DNA of 64,000 nucleotides from assembly GCA_049322655.1 (NCBI GenBank), contig JBMORP010000006.1, positions 512,410 through 576,409 of the forward strand, read 5' to 3'. The DNA comes from Patescibacteria group bacterium (GTDB lineage: Bacteria; Patescibacteriota; Microgenomatia; UBA1400; PJMF01). The notes below the pieces were generated by a model. The model saw nothing but the letters and a program-made list of their open reading frames with translations, had not been told where the DNA came from and made no database searches. Positions 19,185 to 30,338 of this stretch are shown here, in pieces (within the stretch, counting starts at the first letter, position 1; each line of letters begins with the position of its first letter). The position numbers and the translations under genes are program-made.

Positions 19185-21181
19185 TTAATTGACCATAAAT
19201 CTAATATTTTTAACACTTCTTCTTTTTTTGGCGAAACATGATTATCAACATTAGAGCTTTCTACCGAACTTTTTAAGAAACCATAATAATCATAGCCATA
19301 ACCACCCAAGTAACTAAATCTAATATCTTTAAAATTAATAATAAAATCAAAAAAATCAATACTGGGCATATCATCGATAAAAATAGGTTGATGATAATCC
19401 AAAGACCATGGATCCAATTCCCTAGTTAAAACATAAAGTTCACCAGCAGAACTAACATCACCCTCTCTATAAAAATCATCAGCTATTAAAAAAATCTTGT
19501 CAATTAAAAAAAGCAAGTTACTGTGATCCAACCTCTCTGTAAAATCGTTGTTTCTCGTTTTTAAAAAATCTACCATTTGAATAACCATGTTTTTTTTATC
19601 TTCCAAAGAAAACTGGTTATCACCCAAATAACTAAGAGATAAATAAAATCCAGACCATGGATTAACCTCATTTAATTTTATTAATAATTTCTGCTGAAAT
19701 AATTTATCCAAATCATTTTCTGCTAAAGCCTGTAAAACCAAACTATTGTTTTGGTTTATTGAGAATAACTTTTGTTTATCATCATAAGCGAGTTGCTTAC
19801 TTTTGGCATATAAAACGCTGTGCCATTTTGAATAAGGAAATAAATTAAAAGCTAATTTTTCCTTTCCCAAAGAAACTAATAAATCAATAAAAATATAAAA
19901 AACTAGAAAAATTAAACAAACAAACCAAGTCAAAAAAAATGGTAATTTAAAAAATTGTTTGTGGTGTTTATTTTTTTGTTGAGGAATCAGTTTTACTAAA
20001 AAAATTAAAGTTAAAATAAAAATACTTTCAAAATTTAAGTCATAATCAAAAAGAGAATTTAGATAAACTCCAAATAAAGCTAAACCAATAAAAAAATGTA
20101 TGTCTTTTTTCTGAAAACTTTGCTTGAAAAATTTAATAAATAATCCCCAAAAAATAAAAATAAATAAACTACCACCCAAAAAACCATTTTCAGCAAAAAC
20201 CTTAAGAAAAAAGTTATGAGGATGAGCAGAAACTACACTTCGATCTTGAATATATTTTTTGGAGAAAAAAGCATAATTACCCTGACCAACTCCTAAAAGT
20301 GAATTATTTTTAATAATTTCACCAGCTGTTTGCCAATAAGCAATTCTACTTTGACCACTTTTAATCCTACAAATCTTCAAGTTATCTGAACTAGCTTCTT
20401 GATTGTAACAACTCACTGCAGTAATAAACCAAAAAGAAACAAAAGATATTGTTAAGACTAAAAAAACTTTTAAATAAGTTAAAAAGTATTTTTTATTCAA
20501 CTCAGTGAGTTTGTTAATAAAAAAATTTCTAAAAAAAACAAAAAAGAAAAAGTGTTGAAGAACAATAATAATAGAAATGATTCTTCCCATCGACAAAAAT
20601 CCAAATAAACTAAAAATTCCAACCACTAAAAGCTGTTTTTTATCACCATTTTTTAAAAAGTAGAAAAAAGATATTGGCAACAAAAACAATGAAACTACTG
20701 CTGCATGATTATGACCAGTAGAAGAATACAATAAATTAGACTCAGGCAATTTTTCACCCAAACTAGGAAAAAATGAAAAAAATAGAGAAAAAAAGATTAA
20801 AGAAAAACCAATTAAGGTAAATAAAGGAAAAAAATTTTTAAAATCAAATTCTTCTACTTTTAACAGTAAAAAAAAATGAAAAAAATAAAAACTAAAAATG
20901 AAAAAAATAAAATAATCTAGACTATAAGGAATATTTTTAGTCCAAAAAAAAGATAAACCCAAAAAAACAATTAAAAGTAACCAAGCTAAAGAATATTTTT
21001 TAGTGATAAAGATTTTAGAAAAATCTAGACTTTTCCAAAAAAAAACTGAACCAATTAAAAAAAATAGTAGTAGATAAGGAGATAAAAAAGAATTACCCAT
21101 TAGTAATAATAAAAAAAACCAAACAGAAACAAAAAAAGATAATTTGTTTTTAGCCAAAGACTCAATTAATAACTTAGTCAT
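19181..21181 (-). CDS. O-antigen ligase / O-oligosaccharyltransferase-like membrane protein
   Basis: RIAYW, LLGVGQGNY, HPHNFFLKVFAENG; shares GHNH and NPW motifs with 5574-8048. Confidence 0.8.
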   Translation of the reverse strand: MTKLLIESLAKNKLSFFVSVWFFLLLLMGNSFLSPYLLLFFLIGSVFFWKSLDFSKIFITKKYSLAWLLLIVFLGLSFFWTKNIPYSLDYFIFFIFSFYFFHFFLLLKVEEFDFKNFFPLFTLIGFSLIFFSLFFSFFPSLGEKLPESNLLYSSTGHNHAAVVSLFLLPISFFYFLKNGDKKQLLVVGIFSLFGFLSMGRIISIIIVLQHFFFFVFFRNFFINKLTELNKKYFLTYLKVFLVLTISFVSFWFITAVSCYNQEASSDNLKICRIKSGQSRIAYWQTAGEIIKNNSLLGVGQGNYAFFSKKYIQDRSVVSAHPHNFFLKVFAENGFLGGSLFIFIFWGLFIKFFKQSFQKKDIHFFIGLALFGVYLNSLFDYDLNFESIFILTLIFLVKLIPQQKNKHHKQFFKLPFFLTWFVCLIFLVFYIFIDLLVSLGKEKLAFNLFPYSKWHSVLYAKSKQLAYDDKQKLFSINQNNSLVLQALAENDLDKLFQQKLLIKLNEVNPWSGFYLSLSYLGDNQFSLEDKKNMVIQMVDFLKTRNNDFTERLDHSNLLFLIDKIFLIADDFYREGDVSSAGELYVLTRELDPWSLDYHQPIFIDDMPSIDFFDFIINFKDIRFSYLGGYGYDYYGFLKSSVESSNVDNHVSPKKEEVLKILDLWSIK

Positions 21182-22151
21182 GATTATTTTTTAATCTTTT
21201 TTCAATATCCAAAATTGTTTTCTTTAAACCATCTGCAAAAGAAATTTGTGGTTGCCAACCAATTTGTCTAATTTTAGAACTATCCAACATTCTTCTTTTT
21301 GATCCCTCTGGCTTACTTAAATCAAAATTAAAAGTTACTTTTTTATTCAAAGTAGATCTAATAAGTTCTACCATTTCTTTTATAGATTTTTCCTCCTGAG
21401 GATCAATATTATATGCTTCACCATTTTTGCCTTTATTTGCCAAAGTGATTAAACCATTAACAGCATCTTTAACATACAAAAAAGATCTTTTTTGTTCACC
21501 ACTACCAAAAACTTCAACTTGTTTTTTGGCAGAAAGAATTTTTCTAGTCATCATTGGAATAAAGTGACCCAAATCATCAAAATGATCATTTTCGCCATAA
21601 ACATTAACGAATCTAGCAATAGAGGTTTCTAAATTGCTGTTTTGAGCATACCAAATCGCTAAGTTTTCACCCATTTTTTTAGCCAAAGCATAGCCCAGTT
21701 TAGATTCTTCTGGACTACTAGTATCAGCCGACTCAGGGGTGGGCACCTTTTTTTCCATTGCCTCTTTGGTATACACACTGGCACTGCTTACTTGAATGAA
21801 TTTTTTTATTGACTTAGTTTTTCCAGCCACCCTAAGAGGAATTAACTGTAATAACATATTTTCTTCAAACATCAACTCAGTTCTACCTTTATCAAAATCA
21901 ACTCCCGTATTCAGGGCAGCTAAATTAAAAACCAAGTCATAACCTTCAAAAATCTTTAATAAACCAGTCTCACATCTCAAATCAACTTCATAAAAATTTA
22001 TTTGATCTAGTACATCAAGTAAGTTTTCCTTTTTACCCCTAGAAAGATTGTCTATTACTCCTACTTCCTTGCCCATCGCTAGTAATCTTCTAATTAAATG
22101 GAAACCAACAAAACCAGCACCTCCAGTTATCAATACTTTGTTGTATTTCAT
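21174..22151 (-). CDS. NAD-dependent nucleotide-sugar epimerase/dehydratase
   Basis: TGGAGFVG, SSASVY, YALAK (YxxxK), RFVNVYG. Confidence 0.93.
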   Translation of the reverse strand: MKYNKVLITGGAGFVGFHLIRRLLAMGKEVGVIDNLSRGKKENLLDVLDQINFYEVDLRCETGLLKIFEGYDLVFNLAALNTGVDFDKGRTELMFEENMLLQLIPLRVAGKTKSIKKFIQVSSASVYTKEAMEKKVPTPESADTSSPEESKLGYALAKKMGENLAIWYAQNSNLETSIARFVNVYGENDHFDDLGHFIPMMTRKILSAKKQVEVFGSGEQKRSFLYVKDAVNGLITLANKGKNGEAYNIDPQEEKSIKEMVELIRSTLNKKVTFNFDLSKPEGSKRRMLDSSKIRQIGWQPQISFADGLKKTILDIEKRLKNNHD

Positions 22152-23293
22152 AAATTTTCCTTCAAAAATCTGATCAAGCTATTCAAAGAATAGAAATTTT
22201 TAATATTAGCGCTAGCCCCTTTAGATAAATTAAGTCTTTTTTTATTGTCTCTCAAAAGCTCATTTATTTTACTAGCAAAATCTTTGTTGGATGCAATTAC
22301 GACACCTTTTTTAGAAAAAAGTCCAGATGTTGCCTCTGGAAAAGCAATTACAGGCAAACCATACTGCAAATAATTCAAAACCTTTACTTTTACTCCAAAA
22401 TTAACAAAAATTGGAGCAATCGCTAAAGCTGACTTATGATAAATAGTAGTTAAATCATTAACAAAACCATGCTCAATCACATTTTTACTTGATTTAATTA
22501 GGGTTTTTAGTTCTGGAGAAGCTCCTCTGCCAATAATATGAAAATTGACTCGATTTTTATTAACTAACTTTGGCCAAATTTTCTTTAAAAACCAACTTAA
22601 ACCTCTAATATTTTCTTCCCAATCTAGAGTACCAGTAAAAACAATATCCTTGGATTTAACAGAAAAAACATTTGTTTTGCGGTCAACTAAAAAAGGTAAT
22701 TTTAGTTTTTTTGTTTTTTCAGCAAAATAGGAGTTAATATTTTTTTCATTAAGCAACCAAATTTGTCTAAAGTTTTGGAAAAAATACTTTTGGTAAATAG
22801 TTGCTTTTACAAACTCACTCAATAAAAAAAATTTAGTTAATATGTTTTTTTCACCACAGAAACGAGCCCAAAAGATCTGAGACATGTCTTCATCTTCTAA
22901 ATAAATAACTTGATTGCCAATCAAATATTGGGCATACTGAACCATCACATAGCCGTGAATAATAATATTATCGTAATTATTTTTTTCAATTTCTGTTTGA
23001 ATTTGATTTAAAAATTTTTGCTCAAAAAACTTAGTTACTAAAAAAGGCTTAAAACTGAATAAGAGCTTTAATTTCCCTAATGAAGAAAGAGTTTTATATT
23101 TCCAATTAACCGTTTTTAACTTAAATTGATTAGCAACATCATTGTCATAATTTTTTTCTTTGAAGGCAATAACTGTAAGATTTTTACTTAACTTAGCCAA
23201 ACCTTTTAATACTCCAGACGATATAAATGAATCACCAGAATCACCTAGTGGAACAAAAGGAGTAATAAATAAAGTTTTTTTATTTTTCACCAA
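22148..23293 (-). CDS. glycosyltransferase family 4-like
   Basis: FTGTLDWEEN..GLSWF, GVKVKVLNYLQYGLPV. Confidence 0.85.
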   Translation of the reverse strand: MVKNKKTLFITPFVPLGDSGDSFISSGVLKGLAKLSKNLTVIAFKEKNYDNDVANQFKLKTVNWKYKTLSSLGKLKLLFSFKPFLVTKFFEQKFLNQIQTEIEKNNYDNIIIHGYVMVQYAQYLIGNQVIYLEDEDMSQIFWARFCGEKNILTKFFLLSEFVKATIYQKYFFQNFRQIWLLNEKNINSYFAEKTKKLKLPFLVDRKTNVFSVKSKDIVFTGTLDWEENIRGLSWFLKKIWPKLVNKNRVNFHIIGRGASPELKTLIKSSKNVIEHGFVNDLTTIYHKSALAIAPIFVNFGVKVKVLNYLQYGLPVIAFPEATSGLFSKKGVVIASNKDFASKINELLRDNKKRLNLSKGASANIKNFYSLNSLIRFLKENL

Positions 23294-24407
23294 TGAAATA
23301 CTCTCTTATAGCAGTTTTTATTCTGTTAATTTCTGCTTCTGTTAATTCGGGGAATAAAGGTAAAGAAATTGTTTGTCGAGCAAATTCTTCTGCCACAGGA
23401 AAATCTCCTTTTTTATAACCTAAAAACTTCATTGAGGGCTGGAGATGAACCGGCGTAGGGTAATAAATACCAGTCGAAATTTGTTGATCATTCATAAATT
23501 TTTCAAATTTTTTTCTGTTTTTCATTTGCACAGAAAAAACATAAAAATTTGGTTTACTGGTCGGATAGCAAAACATTCCTTGATGACCAAATTCTCTAAA
23601 AACATGATTATATTCTTCAACTATTCGCCTTCTTTTTTTGATCCATTCAGGAAAAAACTCTAGTTTTTTAAGCAAAAATGCAGCCTGAATATTGTCAATT
23701 AGTTCATTCATACCAACCAAAGAATGTAGATATTTTTTACTTTTATCTTTAATTCCATGGTGAGCATATTGTTCTGCTTTTTTTATTAATTTGGCAGAGT
23801 TACTTGTTAACACCCCAGCATTGCCCAAAGAACCCAAAGACTTGGAAGGATAAAGAGAGAAACAACCAAAGTGACCAAAAGAACCAACTTTTTTACCATT
23901 TAGTTCACTGCCATGAGCGTGTGACGCATCTTCAAGTAAAAACAACCGGTGTTGATTAGCTATCTTTTTTAATCTAAACATATCAGCCGGAACTCCATAA
24001 AGATGAACTACTAGAATTGCTTTAGTATTTTTAGTTATTTTTTCTTCCACTGACCGAGGGTCTAGATTACCTGTTTTTGGATCAACATCTGCAAAAACTG
24101 GCTTGGCACCAGCTAAAATAATAGCGTCAACCGTAGCACTAAAAGTGGCAGGGGTCGTAATAACCTCATCATGACTAGTTAGACCAAGAGATTTTAAAGC
24201 TACCCACAAACTAGCTGTTCCAGACCTAATGCCCAAAGCAAACTTACTATCATGCATTTTGGCAAATAAATTCTGAAAATCTTCAGTTTCACGCCCATAA
24301 GTAAAAGCCGACTGATCAAGTAACTTTGAAAAAATCTGCTCAAAATCTTTTTTAAGAGCTAAATGTTGTCGAGATAAATCAAACAGGGGTATTTTTTTAG
24401 ATGACAT
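23280..24407 (-). CDS. DegT/DnrJ/EryC1/StrS nucleotide-sugar aminotransferase
   Basis: SGTASL, VHLYG, EDASHAHG, FSLYPSKSLG (PLP Lys), ISLPLFP. Confidence 0.95.
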   Translation of the reverse strand: MSSKKIPLFDLSRQHLALKKDFEQIFSKLLDQSAFTYGRETEDFQNLFAKMHDSKFALGIRSGTASLWVALKSLGLTSHDEVITTPATFSATVDAIILAGAKPVFADVDPKTGNLDPRSVEEKITKNTKAILVVHLYGVPADMFRLKKIANQHRLFLLEDASHAHGSELNGKKVGSFGHFGCFSLYPSKSLGSLGNAGVLTSNSAKLIKKAEQYAHHGIKDKSKKYLHSLVGMNELIDNIQAAFLLKKLEFFPEWIKKRRRIVEEYNHVFREFGHQGMFCYPTSKPNFYVFSVQMKNRKKFEKFMNDQQISTGIYYPTPVHLQPSMKFLGYKKGDFPVAEEFARQTISLPLFPELTEAEINRIKTAIREYFIGEK

Positions 24408-25152
24408 AATAATATTTACCTTGTTTTTTTAAAAATTCTATATATTCATCAATCACTTCTTCTCCACCATCACCTCTGATAATACCTTTTTCCAACCAAA
24501 TAATCCGATTGCAATTTCTTCTAATATACTCAAGCCAATGGCTAACTAAAATAATTGTTTTTCCATGTTTAGAAAACTCATTAATTTTTTTCATTGATTT
24601 TTTACGAAACTTCTCATCACCAACAGCAATTTCTTCATCCAGAATCAAAACATCAGGGTTCGAGTGGATAGCAATTGCAAAACCCAATCGCAGTGACATT
24701 CCAGAAGAGTAAGTATAAAGTGGCGCATAAATAAACTCTCCAAGGCCGCTAAACTCTACAATTGACTCAAATTTTCGTTGGATTTCATCTTTATCCATAC
24801 CAATCACCAAACCATTCAAAAAAATATTTTCCTTACCAGTTAGTTCTGGATGAAAACCAGCTCCAAGTTCAATTAGTGAAACAACTTTACCATAAGTCTT
24901 TATTTTTCCCCCGCTTTGAGTAGTTATACCTGAAGCAATTTTTAATAAAGTTGTTTTACCTGAACCATTAGAGCCAATAACCCCAATTTTTTCTCCTTTA
25001 TAAATTTCAAGAGAGACATCTTTTAAAGCAAAAAACTTTTGTCGTTTTTCTATCCCAAAAATAGTGCCAAAAAAAGTTGGTTTTTGGTGGTGCAAAACAT
25101 ATTCTTTAGATATCTTATTGATCGTAATTGCTTTACTATTCTTTTTTCTCAT
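24397..25152 (-). CDS. wzt: polysaccharide ABC exporter ATPase (Wzt/TagH)
   Basis: GSNGSGKTT, ELGAGFHPELTG, YSSGMSLRLGF, ILDE. Confidence 0.93.
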   Translation of the reverse strand: MRKKNSKAITINKISKEYVLHHQKPTFFGTIFGIEKRQKFFALKDVSLEIYKGEKIGVIGSNGSGKTTLLKIASGITTQSGGKIKTYGKVVSLIELGAGFHPELTGKENIFLNGLVIGMDKDEIQRKFESIVEFSGLGEFIYAPLYTYSSGMSLRLGFAIAIHSNPDVLILDEEIAVGDEKFRKKSMKKINEFSKHGKTIILVSHWLEYIRRNCNRIIWLEKGIIRGDGGEEVIDEYIEFLKKQGKYYYVI

Positions 25153-25156
25153 TTAA

Positions 25157-25924
25157 CTACATCCAATCATCAAAGTTTTTGCTTTCTTTTCTAAAAACAG
25201 TTAAAGCTAAAACAAAGATTACAAAACTAATTAACAAGTTAATGACCAGCTTAATAGAAACATCTTCAATTGGATAACCAGATAAAGAAAACCTAATAAC
25301 TTCAACAGTCAGTGACAATGGGTTCAAATAAATAATTGATCTTAAAAACTTTGGAATCATCTCTAGTGAATAAACAATGGGGGTAGCGTAAAACCAAAGA
25401 GATAACATTGCTTGAACAATAAAGTTAATATCCCGGTATTTAACATTTAAACTAGAAAATAAAAGTGAGATACCAATCGTAAAAAAAAGTAATAGAAATA
25501 AGCCTGGAATTAACCAAAAAATCTTCAAAGAAAAACTCAAAGTTAGTAATGAAAATAAAGCAAAACCTATCAACAAATGAAATAAATTAGAAAGAATAAC
25601 TGAAATCACCAAAGATTCTCTAGGAAAAATGGCTTTTTTAATTAAATATCTTTCATTAACAAAAATAGGAACTGCTTTAGAAAAACTTAATGAGAAAAAA
25701 TTCCAAGTTAACAATCCAGAAAACAAAAACACAAAATAATTATCAATCTCAAATTTAATAAAAAATTGAAAAACAAAACCAATCACTAACATTTGAAACA
25801 ATGGATTTAAAATCATCCACAAAAAACCAAAAGCAGCGTGCTTATATCTTGATTTTATTTCTCTCTCTGTCAGAGTGACCGTAAAATCAAACCAATGTTT
25901 CAATTTTTTGTTGCTCTTTAGCAT
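25157..25924 (-). CDS. wzm: polysaccharide ABC exporter permease (Wzm/TagG)
   Basis: REIKSRYK...GFLWMILNP, YRD, FYATPIVY, LNP. Confidence 0.93.
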   Translation of the reverse strand: MLKSNKKLKHWFDFTVTLTEREIKSRYKHAAFGFLWMILNPLFQMLVIGFVFQFFIKFEIDNYFVFLFSGLLTWNFFSLSFSKAVPIFVNERYLIKKAIFPRESLVISVILSNLFHLLIGFALFSLLTLSFSLKIFWLIPGLFLLLFFTIGISLLFSSLNVKYRDINFIVQAMLSLWFYATPIVYSLEMIPKFLRSIIYLNPLSLTVEVIRFSLSGYPIEDVSIKLVINLLISFVIFVLALTVFRKESKNFDDWM

Positions 25925-25925
25925 T

Positions 25926-26801
25926 TTAATTCAATAAATAATTAATTAATTTTAATTGGTTAATAGTTTTCGCCAAAGGTAGCTTTGTTTTTTTAGCAAA
26001 AAAATCACTAATTAATAATTCTAAAGGACTAGGTTTAGAAAAATTAAGCTTTTCTTCGATAAGTTTTTGGTTTTGTTGATAAAAAGTGACTTCATCAAAA
26101 CCATTTTTTTTGATCCAAGTAATTTTTCCTTCAATAAAATCAAAAATCATTTCCCTTTCAACTTGTTTGGCATACCAATCATAGTCAAATATAAATTTAG
26201 TTTTTTCAATAGAAAAAGAAAAAACAGACCGATTAACTAAAAACTCTTGTTTCTCTATTGAGTTATTTATATCATTTTTATTCAAAGTGGAACAATCTAA
26301 TAAATTTAAAAACTCAAGAATATATAAATCATGAGGAAGCAGGTCATGGATAATACTGATATTTTTTGGTTGGCTCAAGGAACTCCATCTTTTAGAAAAA
26401 ACTGATTTTAGTTTTGAGAGTTTATGTTGAACAATTAATTGTCTAACTTTTAATAAACTTTTGTCATATAAAAAAACCTGATCAACAGCTAGATATAAGT
26501 TTTTTGACTCGGCTAAGGCTTTTAGTTCTTTGGCCTGCTCCACCGTCAAGGCCAGCGGCTTCTCAACAAAAACATGTTTGTTAGCCAATAAACACTCTTT
26601 GGCTAAGGCAAAATGTGTCTCTTCTGGAGTAACAATAAAACAATAATTAACCTTTGGGTCATTTAAAACTGTTTTCTTTAGGGTGGTTTTTTTAGTTGAT
26701 AAATGTTTTTTTTCTATAATTTCAACCTCAACCCCCAATGATTTTAAAGTGGAATAAACCTTTTGTCCCCAATAACCAAAACCAAAAAGTGCTGCCTTCA
26801 T
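25926..26801 (-). CDS. Gfo/Idh/MocA oxidoreductase (nucleotide-sugar dehydrogenase)
   Basis: GFGYWG, TPEETH, KHVFVEKP, DLLPHD; same operon as the DegT aminotransferase. Confidence 0.9.
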   Translation of the reverse strand: MKAALFGFGYWGQKVYSTLKSLGVEVEIIEKKHLSTKKTTLKKTVLNDPKVNYCFIVTPEETHFALAKECLLANKHVFVEKPLALTVEQAKELKALAESKNLYLAVDQVFLYDKSLLKVRQLIVQHKLSKLKSVFSKRWSSLSQPKNISIIHDLLPHDLYILEFLNLLDCSTLNKNDINNSIEKQEFLVNRSVFSFSIEKTKFIFDYDWYAKQVEREMIFDFIEGKITWIKKNGFDEVTFYQQNQKLIEEKLNFSKPSPLELLISDFFAKKTKLPLAKTINQLKLINYLLN

Positions 26802-27682
26802 AACATAAACTTACTAAGTTTATTAAACACTATTGATAAAAAAACGTGGAAGTAAATCGCTAACCTATCTAAAAACTGCAAGTTTTCTCTTTCCATAAAA
26901 CTATTCAAAAAATCAATTATTTTTAATCTAGAACTAGCAGTTAACTTACTTCTAAAATCTGCCCACCGTTGTTCATAAAGAGCATGAGATTTGGCTGAAA
27001 AAACTAATTTTTTGTAATACCACACAAGGTTGGTTGGATCTTTATGCTCAATATACATCTCAGCCGCATAATAGGCTTTACCACCAGCTTGTTGTAACTT
27101 CATACCCAGATCACTATCTTCACAAGCACCATTGAAATATTTAACAATTTCCTCACTAAAAAAGGTGTTTTCTTTCAAAAGAAATTTTTTATTATAAGCA
27201 ATGTTCTTATTATCCAAAATTTCCAAATCAACCACGCTATCATCCTTATTAATAGCTGATTTTTTCCAAAATTCATCAAAAATCAACGTTGTTAATGAAA
27301 AAATATTCTTTTTATAAAAAGTGTGGCTACAACCTAAAATAGCAGCTGCCTGGGGCTGAGATTTAATCGCTCTTTTAACTGAACTAAACCAATAATCTGA
27401 GGCTACACAATCATCGTCAATGAAAGCTACCCAATCATAGCTAGCCTCACGAATACCTCGGTTATAAACAAGCGGATAACCCTGAGTTTTTTCTAAAATA
27501 TATTTGACTGGAAAATTGGTATTTTTTATGAAGTTCTTGACTAACTGCTTGGTTTCATCATCAGAGTTATTATCAACTACAATTAACTCATCCAATTTTT
27601 GATCCTGAGTAGCCAAACTTCCCAGAACATGCTTTAATTCCTGAGATCTATTTCTTGTTACAATAATCGTTGAAACCTTCAT
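26798..27682 (-). CDS. glycosyltransferase family 2
   Basis: IVTRNR, VVDNNS, FIDDDC, ED.DLG. Confidence 0.92.
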   Translation of the reverse strand: MKVSTIIVTRNRSQELKHVLGSLATQDQKLDELIVVDNNSDDETKQLVKNFIKNTNFPVKYILEKTQGYPLVYNRGIREASYDWVAFIDDDCVASDYWFSSVKRAIKSQPQAAAILGCSHTFYKKNIFSLTTLIFDEFWKKSAINKDDSVVDLEILDNKNIAYNKKFLLKENTFFSEEIVKYFNGACEDSDLGMKLQQAGGKAYYAAEMYIEHKDPTNLVWYYKKLVFSAKSHALYEQRWADFRSKLTASSRLKIIDFLNSFMERENLQFLDRLAIYFHVFLSIVFNKLSKFML

Positions 27683-27709
27683 CGCCTGGTGATTATAACA
27701 ACAGTCTTT

Positions 27710-28891
27710 ATGAAAAACATTCTGTATCTTACTGAAAACTTAGATTTTTATGCTGACAGCGGGGCCAAAATTAAAACCATTAACACTTTACGCTGTTTAG
27801 ATAAAAATTTTAACATCAAAGTTTTAAGTCTCAACTCTACAAAACAACTCAATAAAAAATATCAAAAAAACTTCAAAAACCTTGATTTCATTTATCTTAC
27901 TGATCAAAAAATAGAAGTTCCAGTCAAAAAGAGACTGTTAGAAACACTTGCTAATTACTTATTGGGTAGACCATATTATTTTTTTCAATATAAAAATTTA
28001 AAATTTCAAAACTTAGTTAATGACACAATCAGAAGTTTAAAACCAGATTGTATTCATATTGACCACCTAACTATGGCTCAATATTTACCAAAAATAAAAA
28101 ATGAACAGTGGATCTACGAAGAACATAATATTGAGTATAAATTAAGACTACAAATGGCCAAATTCTCTAAAAAAATTGGTTATCATTGGTTAATCTGGCT
28201 GATAGAAAGCTTGTTTTTGTATTTTCAAGAAATAAAAATAATAAAAAAATTTGACTACATTTTTGCCATTTCCAAATCAGACCAACAATTTCTTACCAAA
28301 ATAACTAAAAAAAACAATGTTTATCTGCAAAATATTTTTATGCCTTACAAAAAAAGTAAGAAAAAAAACGAGACAATTAGTCGAACACTTCTGTTTGTTG
28401 GAGACCTTGAGTGGTTGCCAAATAGAAATGGAATAAGCTGGTTTATTAAAAAAATTCTACCCAAACTAGATAATGTCAAATTACAGATTGTTGGCAAAGT
28501 AGATCATGGTTTTAAACAACAGTATTCAAATGCAAAAATCAATTTTTTAGGGTATCAAAAAGAAATAAGTAATTTTTTTAACCAAGCTGATATTTTTATT
28601 GTCCCCTTAAAAATAGGTGAGGGAGTCAGACTAAAAATCCTTGATGCCTTTGCTAGACAAATACCAGTCATTTCCAGCAAAAATGCTATTAAAGGCTTGG
28701 CTATTAAACATAAACAAGAATTACTAATAGCAAAAAATCAATTTGAGTTTGTCTCCTTGATTAAAAAAGTTCTTGATAAAAAAATAGAAACCAATACTAT
28801 ACTAGAAAACGCATTAAGTTATTTAAAAGAAAACCACTCTGATGAAGAAAATAAAAAATTTATTAAAAGATACCAAGAAATACTTGGTTAA
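27710..28891 (+). CDS. glycosyltransferase family 4-like (start likely ATG 27710)
   Basis: EHNIE, FVGDLEWLPN..GISWF, GVRLKILDAF. Confidence 0.87.
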   Translation: MKNILYLTENLDFYADSGAKIKTINTLRCLDKNFNIKVLSLNSTKQLNKKYQKNFKNLDFIYLTDQKIEVPVKKRLLETLANYLLGRPYYFFQYKNLKFQNLVNDTIRSLKPDCIHIDHLTMAQYLPKIKNEQWIYEEHNIEYKLRLQMAKFSKKIGYHWLIWLIESLFLYFQEIKIIKKFDYIFAISKSDQQFLTKITKKNNVYLQNIFMPYKKSKKKNETISRTLLFVGDLEWLPNRNGISWFIKKILPKLDNVKLQIVGKVDHGFKQQYSNAKINFLGYQKEISNFFNQADIFIVPLKIGEGVRLKILDAFARQIPVISSKNAIKGLAIKHKQELLIAKNQFEFVSLIKKVLDKKIETNTILENALSYLKENHSDEENKKFIKRYQEILG

Positions 28892-30338
28892 TTTTAAAAA
28901 AAATAAAACAATTCTTACCCAAGTAGTTATTTTTTTTATATCCCTCTCTATTTCTCTTCCTTTGCTTATCAAACCAATGATTGCGGAGGGAGATGCTTAT
29001 GTGAGATCTTATCTTGCTTTTGAAGATTTCCAAGACCAAAGACTTTTCAAGTCTTATGGTGGGACATGGCTTCCATTTCATAAAATAATAATAGGTTTGC
29101 CACTTTATATTTATAATAATTACTTTTTAACCCCAAGATTAATTACTTTAATCATTAGTAGTTTAACAGTTTGTTTGATTTATATTCTGAGCATAGAACT
29201 TTTCAAAAATTATAAACAAAAGAAAATAATTGCTTTAATAACAGTTGGAATTTTTTTACTATTTCCACAAAGAATATTTTTATCAACCCAAACTCTCACT
29301 GAACCAGTTTTTACTTTTTTCTTTATTTTGGGAATTTATTTATTAATAAAGAATAAACTACTAACCAGTACAATTTTTTTAAATATCTCACATGGCATCA
29401 GATACGAGTCATGGTTTTTAACTCCAATAATATTTTATTACCTTTATATAAACAAAAAAATATCAATCAAACAAAAAGTTCTTTATGGAAGTTCACTACT
29501 TTTGTTCCCCACTTATTGGTTTCTTTTAAACTTAGTAAATAATGGTAGCGGTCTTGCTTTTTTTTCAGAAAAATATCAAATTGCTCAAAATGCTGGTTTT
29601 ATTCAAGAATATTGGAATTTCCCGCTATCATTTAATGTCTGGCTAAATAATTCTTTTGATTTAATTGGTTTAATTGGCTTAATTTCTTTAGTACAGGGAA
29701 TTATTTTTTATGCAAAAAATAAAAAAACAAATACTAGTGGGATTTTTTTCTTATCTACAAGTATTTATTTATTTAGTCTTTTAGTTTTGCAAGTTTTCAT
29801 GGGAACCATGGAGTGGTTTCCTCATAGATACTTATATATTCCACTCACTCTTTTTTTCCCATTTATAGCTTATGGTCTACTAATCACACTTAAAAAAATA
29901 AACAAAAAAAACTTAATAATCTTCTTAGCTTTACTACCAATTACTTTAATTGATATTTTTTATGTTTATCAACATACACATATTATTAGTGCTCCAGATA
30001 TGAAATATCCAATAGATAAAGAAAAAAAATTAAACGAAATTTTATATTTTTATAAAAAAATTTCTATGAATGAAAATGATATAACTTTATATATTTATAA
30101 AGAAGATGAAAATAGTTGGCTATACCCTCACTTTGTTTATTTCAACCAAGTAACTGAAGAAAGCATCCCATCTATAGAAATAGAAGATCTTAAAAATAAA
30201 GTTTATTTAAATGAGACAAAAAATTATTATTTTGTTTTTGAAAAACCAGCTTTTACCATTATAAAAAAAGATCAATTTGGTCAAGAGATATTTTCTAATT
30301 CTTCTTTTTCAATCACTAATCTAAAAAATGATAAATAA
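28842..30338 (+). CDS. GT-C fold membrane glycosyltransferase (ArnT/PMT-like)
   Basis: Multi-TM; GDAYVR, WLP, TEP, RYESW, RY motifs. Confidence 0.7.
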   Translation: MKKIKNLLKDTKKYLVNFKKNKTILTQVVIFFISLSISLPLLIKPMIAEGDAYVRSYLAFEDFQDQRLFKSYGGTWLPFHKIIIGLPLYIYNNYFLTPRLITLIISSLTVCLIYILSIELFKNYKQKKIIALITVGIFLLFPQRIFLSTQTLTEPVFTFFFILGIYLLIKNKLLTSTIFLNISHGIRYESWFLTPIIFYYLYINKKISIKQKVLYGSSLLLFPTYWFLLNLVNNGSGLAFFSEKYQIAQNAGFIQEYWNFPLSFNVWLNNSFDLIGLIGLISLVQGIIFYAKNKKTNTSGIFFLSTSIYLFSLLVLQVFMGTMEWFPHRYLYIPLTLFFPFIAYGLLITLKKINKKNLIIFLALLPITLIDIFYVYQHTHIISAPDMKYPIDKEKKLNEILYFYKKISMNENDITLYIYKEDENSWLYPHFVYFNQVTEESIPSIEIEDLKNKVYLNETKNYYFVFEKPAFTIIKKDQFGQEIFSNSSFSITNLKNDK